From: an uncultured Alphaproteobacteria bacterium
Lineage (GTDB): Bacteria > Pseudomonadota > Alphaproteobacteria > Rhizobiales > Xanthobacteraceae
DNA: 64,000 nt
Assembly: GCA_963831225.1 (NCBI GenBank)
Contig: CAWHPT010000013.1
Coordinates: 12,916 to 76,915 of the forward strand
Reading direction: 5' to 3'
The notes below the pieces were generated by a model, which was given only the letters and a program-made list of their open reading frames with translations, did not search any database and was not told the DNA's origin. Positions 45,211 through 55,941 of the stretch are shown piece by piece; position 1 is the first letter of the stretch, and the number at the start of each line of letters is the position of its first letter. A program made the translations under genes and the position numbers.

Positions 45211-45717
45211 TTGCACTGTGCGACGGCGATGTTCGCGCAGACGTTCGTTTCGACCGCGAGCCATGCCGCTGAAGAGCCCGATCTGATCTTCAGGCGGTCC
45301 ACGGTTTTCAAGTGGCTCACGCCGAACGACAAGCTGGCGACCTACGGCCTTGATGATCCCGAGGTGGATGGCGTGGCGTGCCATTTCACCGTGCCGGAAC
45401 GCGGCGGCGTTACGGGTTGGCTCGGGGTAGCCGAGGAAGTTTCGGACATTTCACTCGCCTGCCGCCAAGTCGGGCCAATTCACTTCAAAAGGAAGTTGGA
45501 GCAAGGGGAGGACATGTTTCGTCGGCGGCGCTCGTTATTCTTCAAGCGAATGCAGATCGTGCGCGGCTGCGACGCCAAACGCAATGTTCTGGTCTACATG
45601 GTCTATTCCGACAAGCTGATCGAAGGCTCGCCGAAGAATTCGACCTCCTCGGTGCCGATCATGCCTTGGGGCGCGGCCGCGCAGGTCCAGAGGTGCGCCG
45701 ATTGGATCGAGGGATGA
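45211..45717 (+). CDS. creA: CreA family periplasmic protein; start uncertain (TTG 45211, or ATG 45180 with one more frameshift)
   Basis: ORF 45211..45717: [45 protein letters not shown]...[43 protein letters not shown] closely parallels E. coli CreA. Confidence 0.85.
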   Translation: MHCATAMFAQTFVSTASHAAEEPDLIFRRSTVFKWLTPNDKLATYGLDDPEVDGVACHFTVPERGGVTGWLGVAEEVSDISLACRQVGPIHFKRKLEQGEDMFRRRRSLFFKRMQIVRGCDAKRNVLVYMVYSDKLIEGSPKNSTSSVPIMPWGAAAQVQRCADWIEG

Positions 45718-45789
45718 GAAACGTCGCCGCGAGAGCGGGACGGCTGATCTGATATCCACGACACGCAGGCGTCGTCACATGACGCTCCA

Positions 45790-47202
45790 ATGGCAATGAT
45801 ATTGGCCGCGATCCGCCGCGATTCCCGGGCGGTCGAAACCGTCGTTCGCGCGCTCGCCTCCCGCTTCGGCAATCGGATGGTGACTTCGCAGGCGATGCGC
45901 GAGCAGCACGCCAACACCACGACCTGGATCGCGAACGAGCCTCCGGACGCCGTGGTATTTCCGCAGACGAGCGAAGACGTGCAGGACATCGTGCGCATCT
46001 GCGCCGCGCACCGCGTGCCGGTGATCCCTTTCGGCACCGGCACCTCCCTGGAGGGGCATGTCAATGCCCCGCACGGCGGGGTCTCGATCGACCTCCGCGA
46101 TATGAATCGCGTGCTGGCAGTGAACTCCCAGGACCTGGACTGCGTGATCGAGCCAGGCATCACGCGCAAGCAGCTCAACGAGCATTTGCGTGACCAGGGC
46201 TTGTTCTTTCCGCTCGATCCCGGTGCCGATGCCTCGCTCGGCGGCATGGCTGCCACCCGCTGTTCCGGCACCAATGCGGTGCGCTACGGCACCATGAAGG
46301 ACAATGTGCTCGCGCTCAAGGTGGTGATGCCGAATGGCGAGCTGATGACGACCGCGCGCCGCGCCAGAAAATCATCGGCCGGCTACGACCTCACGCGCCT
46401 GATCGTCGGCTCGGAAGGCACGCTCGGCGTGATCACCGAGCTCACGCTCAAGCTCTCCGGGATCCCCGAAGCGATTTCGGGCGGCGTCTGTCCTTTCCCC
46501 TCGGTCGAGGCGGCGTGCAATGCGGCCATTGCGACCATTCAGTCCGGCATTCCGGTTGCGCGCATCGAGCTGCTCGACGAGTTGCAGGTGAGGGCGACCA
46601 ACCTCTATTCCAAGCTGGCGCTCCCGGAAGTGCCGATGCTGTTCGTCGAGTTCCACGGCTCCCCGGCGGGTGTCGCCGAGCAATCCGAACGGTTCGACGA
46701 GATTGCCCGCGATCTCGGCGGCGGTCCGTTCGAATGGGCGACCAAATCAGAGGATCGCAACCGCTTGTGGCAGGCGCGCCACGATGCCTATTGGGCCGGG
46801 CGGGGGCTGCGTCCCGGTGCGCAAGCCGTGGCAACCGATGTATGTGTCCCGATCTCGCGCCTCGCTGAATGCGTCACCGAAACGCAGCGCGACATCGCCG
46901 ACCGAGGTCTCGTCGCGCCAATTCTCGGCCACGTCGGCGACGGGAATTTTCATCTCACCTTACTGGTCGACATGGCCGACGCAGCAGAGCTCGAGGCCGC
47001 AAGAATTCTATGCGAACGGCTGGTCGAGCGCGCCCTTGCCATGGACGGCACCTGCACGGGCGAGCACGGCGTAGGACAGGGCAAGATGAAGTATCTCGGT
47101 AGCGAGCTCGGCCGGCCGGCGCTGGCGGCGATGGCCGCCATCAAGCGGGCGCTCGATCCCCACGACATCATGAATCCGGGCAAGATCATCGCCGTCGATT
47201 GA
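45790..47202 (+). CDS. FAD-linked oxidase, D-lactate dehydrogenase (cytochrome)/GlcD-like, intact, 470 aa
   Basis: ORF 45790..47202: PVIPFGTGTSLEGH, RCSGTNAVRYGTMKDNVL, KSSAGYDLTRLIVGSEGTLGVITE, GEHGVGQGKMKYL, DPHDIMNPGKI. Confidence 0.85.
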   Translation: MAMILAAIRRDSRAVETVVRALASRFGNRMVTSQAMREQHANTTTWIANEPPDAVVFPQTSEDVQDIVRICAAHRVPVIPFGTGTSLEGHVNAPHGGVSIDLRDMNRVLAVNSQDLDCVIEPGITRKQLNEHLRDQGLFFPLDPGADASLGGMAATRCSGTNAVRYGTMKDNVLALKVVMPNGELMTTARRARKSSAGYDLTRLIVGSEGTLGVITELTLKLSGIPEAISGGVCPFPSVEAACNAAIATIQSGIPVARIELLDELQVRATNLYSKLALPEVPMLFVEFHGSPAGVAEQSERFDEIARDLGGGPFEWATKSEDRNRLWQARHDAYWAGRGLRPGAQAVATDVCVPISRLAECVTETQRDIADRGLVAPILGHVGDGNFHLTLLVDMADAAELEAARILCERLVERALAMDGTCTGEHGVGQGKMKYLGSELGRPALAAMAAIKRALDPHDIMNPGKIIAVD

Positions 47203-47566
47203 GCGCAATCATCGCGGAGCCATCGCTGAATTGTGCGGCGCGGCCGTCATTGTGGCCAAATCGATGGCGCGGTCAGCCGGATTCATGAGGTTGTCGCTCC
47301 TCCGCAATGCGCATCAATTCTCCGGACATTGTTCTAACCTATTGCCGACCGACATAGATTTGCCGTCAATTCGCCCGATGGTGAGGCCACGCTTCGGCGA
47401 TCCTGAGGGTGGGGCGGCACGGGCCAAGGGGAACTGCGGGGCAAGTCCCAGCCGGATGCTTGGTCCGGCCTTAAACAATCTTGCTCAAGTCTTTGGTGTT
47501 TCAGGCCCTGTAGACCGCGCACTTCCCAGTGCGAGCGGACTCGACCGGGTCTGTAGCGAGGACGGC

Positions 47567-50500
47567 GTGCAGACGACGCTGCTCAGTTTCGCGGTTGCGA
47601 TCATCCTGGCGCTGCTGGCGGCGCTGGTCGGACCTTTTTTCATCGACTGGAGCAGCTATCGCGGAGAGCTCGAGACCCGGGCCAGCCGACTGACCGGGCT
47701 CGACTTTCGCGTTACCGGGTCCATCGAAGCCCGCCTGCTGCCCACTCCGACCTTGACCCTGCGAGGGATCGAGCTCGGCCGGCCGGAGGAAGGCGAAAAC
47801 GTACGGGCGCGCGCCCTGCGGGTGGAGTTCGCGCTCGGCGCCTTGGTACGCGGGGAATGGCGCATAGCCGATGCACGGCTCGAAGAGCCGCAATTTGCGG
47901 CAGGCCTGGACACGTCAGGACGCTTGGCCTTGCCGTTTCCGCAAGTCGGTTTCGATCTTGAAGGGGTGTCGATCGAACGACTCACGGTCCAGGACGGCCG
48001 CGCCATTCTCGCCGACGCTGCGAGCGGGTCGCGCCTCGTGCTCGAGAAGCTGGAATTCACCGGCGAACTGCGCTCGCTTGCCGGACCTTCCAAAGGCGAA
48101 GGTTCTTTCGTGGTCGGCGGTCAGCACTTCCCTTATCGGCTTTCGACCGGTCGCATTGCCCCGGGCGGTTCCGTCAAGGTGCGTCTGGCAATCGAGCCGA
48201 CCGATCGGCCGATGACGGCGGAAGCTGACGTTTCGATCTGGATGGACCGTGGCATGCCCCGTTTCGAGGGCAACGTCCAGCTTGCTCGTTCGGTCGGTCG
48301 CGCGCCTGCGGGTGCGCAATCACTGATCATCGAGCCGTGGCGCGTCAGCACCAGGATCAAGGGAGACGGTTCAGCAGCCGTGCTGGAGCAGATCGAGTTT
48401 CAATACGGCCCGGACGATCGAGCGGTCAAGCTGCGTGGCAATGCCCGGCTGTCATTCGGCGCGCAACCGGAGCTCCACGGCGTGCTTTCTTCGGCGCATG
48501 TCGATCTCGATCGTTGGCTCGGACTCCCTGAACCGATGCGCCGCCGTCCCGTGAACGCCATCAAGCATCTGGCAGAGAATTTCTCCGCAGCGATGCGTAT
48601 TCCGATCCTCACGACGCTGAGCATCGGTGTCGAGTCGGTTACTCTTGGAGGCGCAACGCTCGCGCGCGTCGGCGTCGACATCAAGGCTGGTGGCGAGCAC
48701 CTCGATATCACGACGATGGAATTCCGCGCACCCGGCGCGACCCACGTGCGCCTCAGCGGGCGCCTTGGTGCAGGTGCCGGCGGCACGTCATTCATCGGAT
48801 CGACCCGTGTCGAGGCGAACGATCCGCGCGCTCTGCATGCTTGGCTGGCGGACCGCACCGATAGCCAGGCGATCCCCGCCGGCCCGTTGCGTATGGGCGG
48901 CGACATCAGGATCGGCAATGCCGAGATCGCTGTCGATCGACTCAAGCTCGAGCTCGATCGCGTGACCGTAGAAGGCCGTCTGGCCTATGCCTGGGCAAAC
49001 GATGACCGGCCGGCGCGGCTCGAAGCCGTGCTGGCGGCGCCTGAAATCGATCTCGACCGCGTGCATGCCTTTGCCTCGGCCGCGCTCGGCGAAGCGACCT
49101 TCGACTGGCCGCGCGAGGGCAAGCTCTCGCTCAAGATTGCCCGCGCCGTGGTCGCCGGGATCGAGGCCAGGCAAGCCGATGTCGATATGCGCATCGATGC
49201 CAACGGGATCGACATCGCGCAACTGGTGATCGCGGATTTCGGCGGCGCCGCGATCGCAGTCAAAGGACGCATCGATATCCATGCGAAAGCGCCGCGCGGG
49301 GCATTGACCATCGACATCGATGCGCGCTCGGTCGACGGTGTATTGATGCTGGTCGAGAAAGTCGCGCCGCAGGCCGCACAGGAGCTTCGCCGGTCGGCGG
49401 GACAGATTGCGCCCTTGATGTTGCGGGCGTCGCTCGCCGTTGTTCCGACCGCCGGCAGTGGAATCGGCGCCAGCGTGGCGAGGTACAAGATCGATGGCCG
49501 TTCCGGCATGTTCCGGGTCGCGCTCCAAGGCGACGCCGACATCTCGAGCGATGCCTTCAAGACCGGCGGGCTCGGCAGGCTTGGTGCGGCCAGGATAAAT
49601 CTCTCGGGTCGGATCGAAGCCGAGGATGGGAGAGCGTTGTTCGAAGCGATCGGGCTCGACCGCTACATTCATGTCGAGCCGCGGCCAGCGCGTTTCGCCC
49701 TCACCGCGAAAGGACCACTCGACGGAGAGCTTGCCGTCGACGGCCACCTCGTTGCCGGTGCGCTCGGCATTTCGTCCAATGGCAACGTCCGCATCGCCAA
49801 CCGTGCCCGTCCGACGGCGAATCTTCAGTTGAAAATCACCAACGCGAGCATTCGTTCGCCGCGCCCGGCGACGGCGAGGCGCTCGCCCGAATTGCTGCCC
49901 GCCTCGATGAATGCGCGGCTCGCCCTGAGTGATGAAATCCTGCGCTTTACCGATCTCACAGGCACGGTTGCAGGTACGACCGTGGGCGCGCGGCTCACCA
50001 TTGCCATGCAGCCGCCGTTCACCTTCGATGGCGAGATGGAATTGGGCGCCGTGGACCTGCCGGCGATGATTGCGACCGCGCTCGGGATACCTGAGCAGGG
50101 CGGGGTTGCGGGTGGAACTGCATCCGTTGCGTGGCCGGCAGAACCTTTCGAGCCGCCGCCGTATCGGCTCAACGGCAAAATCACGCTCACGTCGGGGCGC
50201 GTCACGCTAACGCCGAGGCTTGCCACGCGTGATTTCCGCAGCGTGCTTCGGTTCGACGATTCCGAGTTCGCCCTGCAGGGAGCTGAGGCCAATCTCGCTG
50301 GCGGGCGCATCGCCGGCGATCTGGTGTTCCTGCGGGGCCCGGAGGGCCTCGCGGCTCGCGGCAGACTCAAGCTGGCCAATGCCAACGCCGCGGAACTGCT
50401 GCCCGGTAGCGGAGTGCAGTCGGGCCGGGTTTCGGTCGATGTCGCCGCCGAGGGCAGCGGGATGAGCGCGGTCGGGCTGGTAGGCTCGCTTGCAGGCAAT

Positions 50501-51302
50501 GGCAGCTTCGTGCTTGAAACCGCAAGGCTCGCACGGCTTGATCCGTCGGCATTCAACAACGTGATTCGTGCCATCGAGCAGGGTCTTCCGATCGATTCCG
50601 TCGGGGTCGGCAACCGGATGGATTCCGCGCTTGCAGCGGGCGGCCTCACGATCCCGCGCGCCGAGGGCTCGCTCACCATCAACGCCGGACAGGTGCGGGT
50701 GAGCAACGCGATCGTGCGTGCACAGGGAGCCGATCTCGGCGTGGTGGGGAGCGTCGAATTTGGCAGAAGGCACGATCGATACACGGCTGACCTTGTCAGC
50801 AGCTGCTGCGGGCGCGCCCGCGAGCACAAGGCCGGAGATCGGCATCGCGCTCAAGGGACCGATCGACACCCCCAAACGGACGATCGATGTTGCGACACTG
50901 ACGAGCTGGCTCGCAATGCGCGCAATCGAGCAGCAGTCGAAAAAACTCGACCTGCTCGAGGGGCGCGCGTCCACACCGAAAATCGCTCCGACCGTGCCTG
51001 AGGGACCCGAACAAGCTGTGGTGCCGGAGATGCCTGCGGCCGGCGCAGGTGCGGCGGCACCTGCGCGCACCGAGCCGGCGCCGCCCCGCACGCGTCCGGT
51101 TGCACGGCCCAAGGCCAAGCCGACGCCGCCCGAGCAAGCTCAGCCGTTGGCACCGCCAATCGACATTCGCCCGCTACCGGCGGCCCGCGCGGCGCCCCGA
51201 CCGGCCGGAGCGCAGGCGGCGCCTGCCCCGCCGCAGGCGAAACCGCAAGCGTCGGCGCCATCGCGGCCGCGCTCGTTGTCCGAAATACTGTTCGGCAACT
51301 AA
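47567..51302 (+). pseudogene. AsmA-family outer-membrane biogenesis protein (about 1240 aa), one frameshift near 50760
   Basis: The GTG at 47567 opens VQTTLLSFAVAIILALLAALVGPFFIDWSSYR, a typical AsmA N-terminal anchor, in ORF 47231..51001. The C-terminus, with a Pro/Ala-rich tail, is in ORF 50718..51302. Confidence 0.75.
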
Positions 51303-51583
51303 TCTACCTGTTCTGCGTGCCGCGGTGTCGCCCGGTCGGATTCGCCTTTCTCGTGTTTGTCTCCCGCCTGCTGATTGCGGTAGTAATCGAGCACGAACAG
51401 GCGAATGGCCGACGAAAGATTGCCGTGCCTGCGCTCGCTGTCGATTGCAGCGACCAAATCGGACATGCTCGTATCACGACCTCCGGCGATCTCCTTGAGC
51501 GCCTTCCAGAACGCGTCCTCCAGGCTGACGCTCGTCTTGTGCCCAGCGATGACGATGGACCTCTTGACGACTGCGGATTTCAT
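51299..51583 (-). CDS. Ribbon-helix-helix protein (RHH_4 / PF13467-like), 94 aa
   Basis: ORF 51299..51583: KRSIVIAGHKTSVSLEDAFWKALKEIAGGRDTSMSDLVAAIDSERRHGNLSSAIRLFVLDYY is the family pattern. Its stop codon overlaps the convergent asmA stop. Confidence 0.8.
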   Translation of the reverse strand: MKSAVVKRSIVIAGHKTSVSLEDAFWKALKEIAGGRDTSMSDLVAAIDSERRHGNLSSAIRLFVLDYYRNQQAGDKHEKGESDRATPRHAEQVD

Positions 51584-51768
51584 TCCTTGTCCCCCGTCTC
51601 GATCCGGTGAGCGTCGAGATCGCGGCTGTTCTTGGCGTTGCGGGAAAGGTCGCTCTTGCGCTGCGCTTTGCTGCGGCCGTGCAGCTGTCGGTTGGCCGCA
51701 GCCTTCCGTTCAGCCGACTGGCGCTCGGCTCGCTTGCGCTCTCTGCGAAGATTGACGATTTCGCCCAT
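51580..51768 (-). CDS. DUF4169 family protein, 62 aa, very basic
   Basis: ORF 51580..51768: MGEIVNLRRERKRAERQSAERKAAANRQLHGRSKAQRK.... There is an ATGA overlap with the downstream RHH gene. Confidence 0.75.
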   Translation of the reverse strand: MGEIVNLRRERKRAERQSAERKAAANRQLHGRSKAQRKSDLSRNAKNSRDLDAHRIETGDKE

Positions 51769-52029
51769 TCCTGCACTCCGCGCGCCTCCACCGGGTGATG
51801 CAGGTTTCTCCGCGTGTTCAGGGCCGCAAAGGGCCCTGGGTGGCAGCGAAGATGCCTGGCAAGCTCCCCGCCGGTGCAGCTTCTTGCGCCGAATTTCTGC
51901 GTTGCCTGCCGAAGCCGGTAGCGGTCGACCACTTACTCGTCAGATGCGCCGAGACATCTGTGCCGGGTTGCAGTCAATAACGCGAAAATCGATGACGCGT
52001 ATATGATGGCTGTTCTAGCAGGCAAGGGT

Positions 52030-53418
52030 TCAAGCTGGGCCGATCATTCGTTCCGGCCGCACCAAGCGGTCGAACTCCGCCGGCGAAACGTAGCCGAGGC
52101 TGATTGCCTCTTCGCGCAAGGTCGTGCCGCTGGCGTGCGCGCGCTTAGCGATCTCGGCCGCCCGATCATAGCCGATCTTTGGTGCGAGGGCGGTGACCAG
52201 CATGAGAGAATCTCGCAGCAGCTCGCCGATGCGGGTCTCGTTGGCGCGGATGCCGGAGACGCAGTTGTCGGCGAACGAGGCCGCGGCATCGGCCAGCAGT
52301 CGGATGGATTGGAGCATGGCATAGGCGATCACAGGCTTGTAAACGTTGAGCTCGAAATGCCCCTGGCTTGCTGCGACCGTGATCGTGGTGTGGTTGCCGA
52401 ACACCTGGCAGCAAACCATCGTCAAGGCTTCCGCCTGGGTCGGGTTCACCTTGCCGGGCATGATGGAGGAACCCGGCTCGTTCTCCGGCAGCAGGAGCTC
52501 ACCGAGGCCCGAGCGCGGCCCCGAGCCGAGCAGCCGGATATCATTTGCGATCTTGAACAAGCCGGTGGCGACCGAGCTGAGTGCTCCATGCGCGAATACG
52601 ATCGCATCATGAGCCGCCAATGCCTCGAACTTGTTCTCGGCGGTGACGAAGGGCAGGTGGGTCAGGCCGGCGATCTTCGCGGCAACGAGCTTGGCGAATT
52701 GCGGCTTGGCATTGAGCCCGGTGCCGACCGCGGTGCCGCCCTGCGCCAGCGGATAAAGTTCCTCCAGCGCGGCATTGAGTCGTGTTCGCCCCAGCTTCAC
52801 CTGCGCCGCGTATCCCGAAAATTCCTGTCCGAGAGTGAGCGGCGTCGCGTCCTGTCCGTGAGTGCGCCCGATCTTGATGATGCCAGCGAATTCATTCGAC
52901 TTCTGCTCGAGGGCTGCCTGCAGGCTGGCCAGCGCCGGCATCAACCGGTGAACAATTTCCTCCACCGCCGCGATATGCATCGCGGTCGGAAAACAGTCGT
53001 TCGAGGACTGGCTCATGTTGACGTGATCATTCGGATGCACCGGCGATCTTGCTCCGCGCTCGGCGCCGAGCATCTCGTTCGCGCGCGCTGCGATCACCTC
53101 GTTGACGTTCATGTTGGTCTGAGTGCCGGATCCGGTCTGCCACACCATAAGCGGAAAGTTTTCGTCGAGCTTGCCCTCGATCACCTCCTGTGCTGCGGGC
53201 GCGATCGCGTCGGCGCGTCGGGCGTCGAGCGATCCGAGCTCGTGGTTGACCTCGGCGGCCGCCCGCTTGATGACGCCGAGCGCACGGATGATCGGCTTCG
53301 GCATGCGCTCCTCGCCGATGCGGAAATTGCGGCGCGAACGCTCGGTCTGAGCACCCCAGTGGCGGTCGGCCGCCACCTCGATCGGGCCGAACGTGTCGCT
53401 CTCCGTGCGGGTCTTCAT
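52030..53418 (-). CDS. fumC: Class II fumarate hydratase FumC (intact, 462 aa)
   Basis: ATG 53418 in ORF 52030..53817: [43 protein letters not shown] (fumarate lyase signature). Confidence 0.95.
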   Translation of the reverse strand: MKTRTESDTFGPIEVAADRHWGAQTERSRRNFRIGEERMPKPIIRALGVIKRAAAEVNHELGSLDARRADAIAPAAQEVIEGKLDENFPLMVWQTGSGTQTNMNVNEVIAARANEMLGAERGARSPVHPNDHVNMSQSSNDCFPTAMHIAAVEEIVHRLMPALASLQAALEQKSNEFAGIIKIGRTHGQDATPLTLGQEFSGYAAQVKLGRTRLNAALEELYPLAQGGTAVGTGLNAKPQFAKLVAAKIAGLTHLPFVTAENKFEALAAHDAIVFAHGALSSVATGLFKIANDIRLLGSGPRSGLGELLLPENEPGSSIMPGKVNPTQAEALTMVCCQVFGNHTTITVAASQGHFELNVYKPVIAYAMLQSIRLLADAAASFADNCVSGIRANETRIGELLRDSLMLVTALAPKIGYDRAAEIAKRAHASGTTLREEAISLGYVSPAEFDRLVRPERMIGPA

Positions 53419-53479
53419 GGTTTTTTCCGGCCGCAAGATGAAGGACGACAGTGGGCCGGAACACGTCCGTCCCCGACCG

Positions 53480-54052
53480 TCACCTTTTTCGGAAACGGTC
53501 CAGCCGCACGACCTCGCCCCCGCCTGTCGGCTTGCCTTCGCCCGCGTCGGGGCTCGCGGCCGGGTCGGCATTGGCCGGGGCAGGCACCGCAGCGCGGCCT
53601 TGCGGGATGCGCTTTTGCTCCGCGGGCGGGCGATCAATACCAAGATCCCTGCTTCTGGCAGCGCTCTCCTCCTCCTGGGTGTCCTCGCCGGGCTCGCCGG
53701 CATCTTCGAACTGCAGGCCGAACTGCACCGAAGGATCGAAAAATCCTTTGATCGCCGCGAACGGCACAGCCAATCGCTCCGGAACGCCCCCGAAGGAAAC
53801 GCCGACCTCGAAGCCATCTTCCGTTACCACCAGATCCCAGAACTGATGCTGCAACACGACCGTCATTTCCTCGGGATATTGCGCGAGCATGCGAGGCGAG
53901 AGCCGGACCCCCTCGGCCTGGGTATCGAACGAAATGTAAAAGTGATGGCTGCCTGGCAGGCCGTCCTTTGCGGCATCTCGGAGCACCGCGCGCACGACGC
54001 CCCGCAATGCCTCCTGGGCCAGAATATCGTAGCGGATGTGATCGACGGCCAT
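53480..54052 (-). CDS. sspB: ClpXP adaptor SspB (alphaproteobacterial type), 190 aa
   Basis: ATG 54052 in ORF 53480..54172: [24 protein letters not shown]...HHFYISFDT...[12 protein letters not shown], an acidic/Pro-rich linker, and a C-terminal [10 protein letters not shown] tail. Confidence 0.8.
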   Translation of the reverse strand: MAVDHIRYDILAQEALRGVVRAVLRDAAKDGLPGSHHFYISFDTQAEGVRLSPRMLAQYPEEMTVVLQHQFWDLVVTEDGFEVGVSFGGVPERLAVPFAAIKGFFDPSVQFGLQFEDAGEPGEDTQEEESAARSRDLGIDRPPAEQKRIPQGRAAVPAPANADPAASPDAGEGKPTGGGEVVRLDRFRKR

Positions 54053-54174
54053 GGCCAGGGATCCATTTCCTAGTCTAGTTGACCGGCCACCCCGGACCGA
54101 ACACCCGGGACTCACCTGACGAATGCTACGCGCGCAACGGTGTACGCGCCAGTCCGCAAGCTCGTCTTCCAATA

Positions 54175-54548
54175 TGTAAGTGGAGGCTTCTGTTGCCAGG
54201 TGCCTCCGAACCCCGCCTGCCGGAGCTTAACCCGTCAGGGCTTCAAGTCGGTATTCCAAACCGCGTTACGCGGCCTGGGCAACCGGAGCATAGTTGTCGT
54301 TGGCAACTATGGATTTGGCCCGATAACGGTGGAACCATGCCGAGCGAAAGCATGCCCTTTACGCCCTCGTCGATCCTGTTTCGCCCCCGTGTCCGGGATC
54401 AGAGATCAGTGGTCGGTGACCAGAAACATCCGATGACCGACTTCTGACCGCTGACCCCCTTATGGTGGAGGCGCCGGGTACTGCCCCCGGGTCCGAAAGG
54501 TTTATTACGACAGCCATTTATCGCCATAGCCGGCTTGCGCCGGCACCC
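54175..54548 (-). ncRNA. ssrA: Two-piece (circularly permuted) tmRNA gene, tag ANDNYAPVAQAA; ends approximate
   Basis: The minus strand shows: -10 CTATAT (54558-54553); an acceptor piece ending with a T-arm CCGGG-GGCAGTA-CCCGG plus CGCCTCC-A-CCA (CCA ends at 54463); a 74-nt spacer; a coding piece starting GGGGGCG at 54388, which pairs with CGCCTCC and gives G3:U. The tag ORF is GCC AAC GAC AAC TAT GCT CCG GTT GCC CAG GCC GCG TAA (54304-54266). Confidence 0.85.
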
Positions 54549-54720
54549 CTCGATATAGGCACGCAATGGTGTCGAAAAAAGAGCCGAATGCGGGATAACT
54601 GGCTGGAGCCCGCGGGTCCGGGTCAATTCTTATTCGGCCAAGCCTTATCCGGCCCAAATCATAGGGAGCCTTTCCGACAAATCGATGGTTCACTGATGGG
54701 ACCAGTCCTAATCTTCCGCC

Positions 54721-55308
54721 ATGCCCGAGACAGTTTCCGCGCGCCGACAGGCACCCGCTCCTGCTTCGCAGTTGCCATCACCCACTCTGCTGGAGCTCTT
54801 CGTCGCCTTCGCTCTGATCTCGCTTTGCGGCTTCGGCGGGGTGTTGGCCTGGTCGCGGCGGATGCTGGTCGAGCAACGCAGGTGGATGACGGCTGAGGAG
54901 TTCAACGACGCCTACGCGCTGTGCCAATTTCTGCCAGGACCGAACGTTGTCAATCTATCGGTCGTGTTCGGCCGGCGCATACGCGGACCGGTTGGCGCGG
55001 CGGTCGCGTTCGTAGGACTGGTCGGCCCCCCTTTCGTCATTGTTTCAATCATCGGCTTCTTCTATGCGCAGTTCGGCGAGATGGCCGCGCTGCAAGGCAT
55101 GCTGGCCGGGGTCGCGGCGGCGGCAGCCGGACTGGTCATGGGAACTTGCGCCAAGATGGCGGTTCCAGTGTTGAAGGATCGGCTCGGCTTGGCTCCCCTG
55201 ATTGCGCTCGCCACCTTCGCTTCAGTCGGGATTCTGCGCTGGCCGCTCTACTGGGCGTTGGCGGTGCTGGTGCCAGTGAGCATCGCGATGGCCTGGTTGC
55301 GGCGATGA
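54721..55308 (+). CDS. chrA: Chromate transporter family protein (ChrA half-size, N-type), 195 aa
   Basis: ORF 54721..55308: LELFVAFALISLCGFGGVLAWSRRMLVEQRRWMTAEEFNDAYALCQFLPGPNVVNL (PF02417 pattern). Confidence 0.85.
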   Translation: MPETVSARRQAPAPASQLPSPTLLELFVAFALISLCGFGGVLAWSRRMLVEQRRWMTAEEFNDAYALCQFLPGPNVVNLSVVFGRRIRGPVGAAVAFVGLVGPPFVIVSIIGFFYAQFGEMAALQGMLAGVAAAAAGLVMGTCAKMAVPVLKDRLGLAPLIALATFASVGILRWPLYWALAVLVPVSIAMAWLRR

Positions 55309-55832
55309 AGGACGCAACGCTGCTGACCCTGGCGGGCTATTTTGCGCTGATGTCGCTGTTCGCAATCGGCGGCGCCAATTCGGCCGTCCCGGAAATGCAC
55401 CGCTTGGCGGTCGAGGTGGAACACTGGATGACCGAGCGGCAGTTCATGGACACGTTTGCGATGGCGCAGGTGACGCCGGGCCCGAACGTCATCATCGTCA
55501 CCTTGATCGGCTATCATGTAGCCGGTCTCCTCGGCGCCGTGGTCGCAACCGCTGCCATGTGCGGTCCTACTTGCGTCTTCGCTTTTTACGTTGGACATGC
55601 CTGGGAGCGTTTCAAGGATGCGCCCTGGAGGGCATGCGTGCAGGCCGGACTGCTTCCGGTCTCGATCGGCCTCATTGCGGCGAGCGCTTTCGTTGTGGCA
55701 TCGGTGGCCGTGCACAACGCGGTGGCCGTTGCACTGATGGCGATCACGGCGGCCATTTCCTATGCGACGAGGTTGAATCCGCTGTGGATTTTTGCGGCCG
55801 CTGCGTTGCTCGGCCTCGCCGGCTGGCTTTGA
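55305..55832 (+). CDS. chrA: Chromate transporter family protein (ChrA half-size, C-type), 175 aa
   Basis: ATG 55305 forms an ATGA overlap with the previous gene: LFAIGGANSAVPEMHRLAVEVEHWMTERQFMDTFAMAQVTPGPNVI. Confidence 0.85.
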   Translation: MKDATLLTLAGYFALMSLFAIGGANSAVPEMHRLAVEVEHWMTERQFMDTFAMAQVTPGPNVIIVTLIGYHVAGLLGAVVATAAMCGPTCVFAFYVGHAWERFKDAPWRACVQAGLLPVSIGLIAASAFVVASVAVHNAVAVALMAITAAISYATRLNPLWIFAAAALLGLAGWL

Positions 55833-55941
55833 TCTTAAATTTGTCGCACTTGCTTCCCGCCGCCCACCTGAATGTGCTACTGAAAAAGTGCCAAGGGGGC
55901 GGAAGTTTCCCGGCGCACCGCGGGTCCGAGGGGTAGTTATT

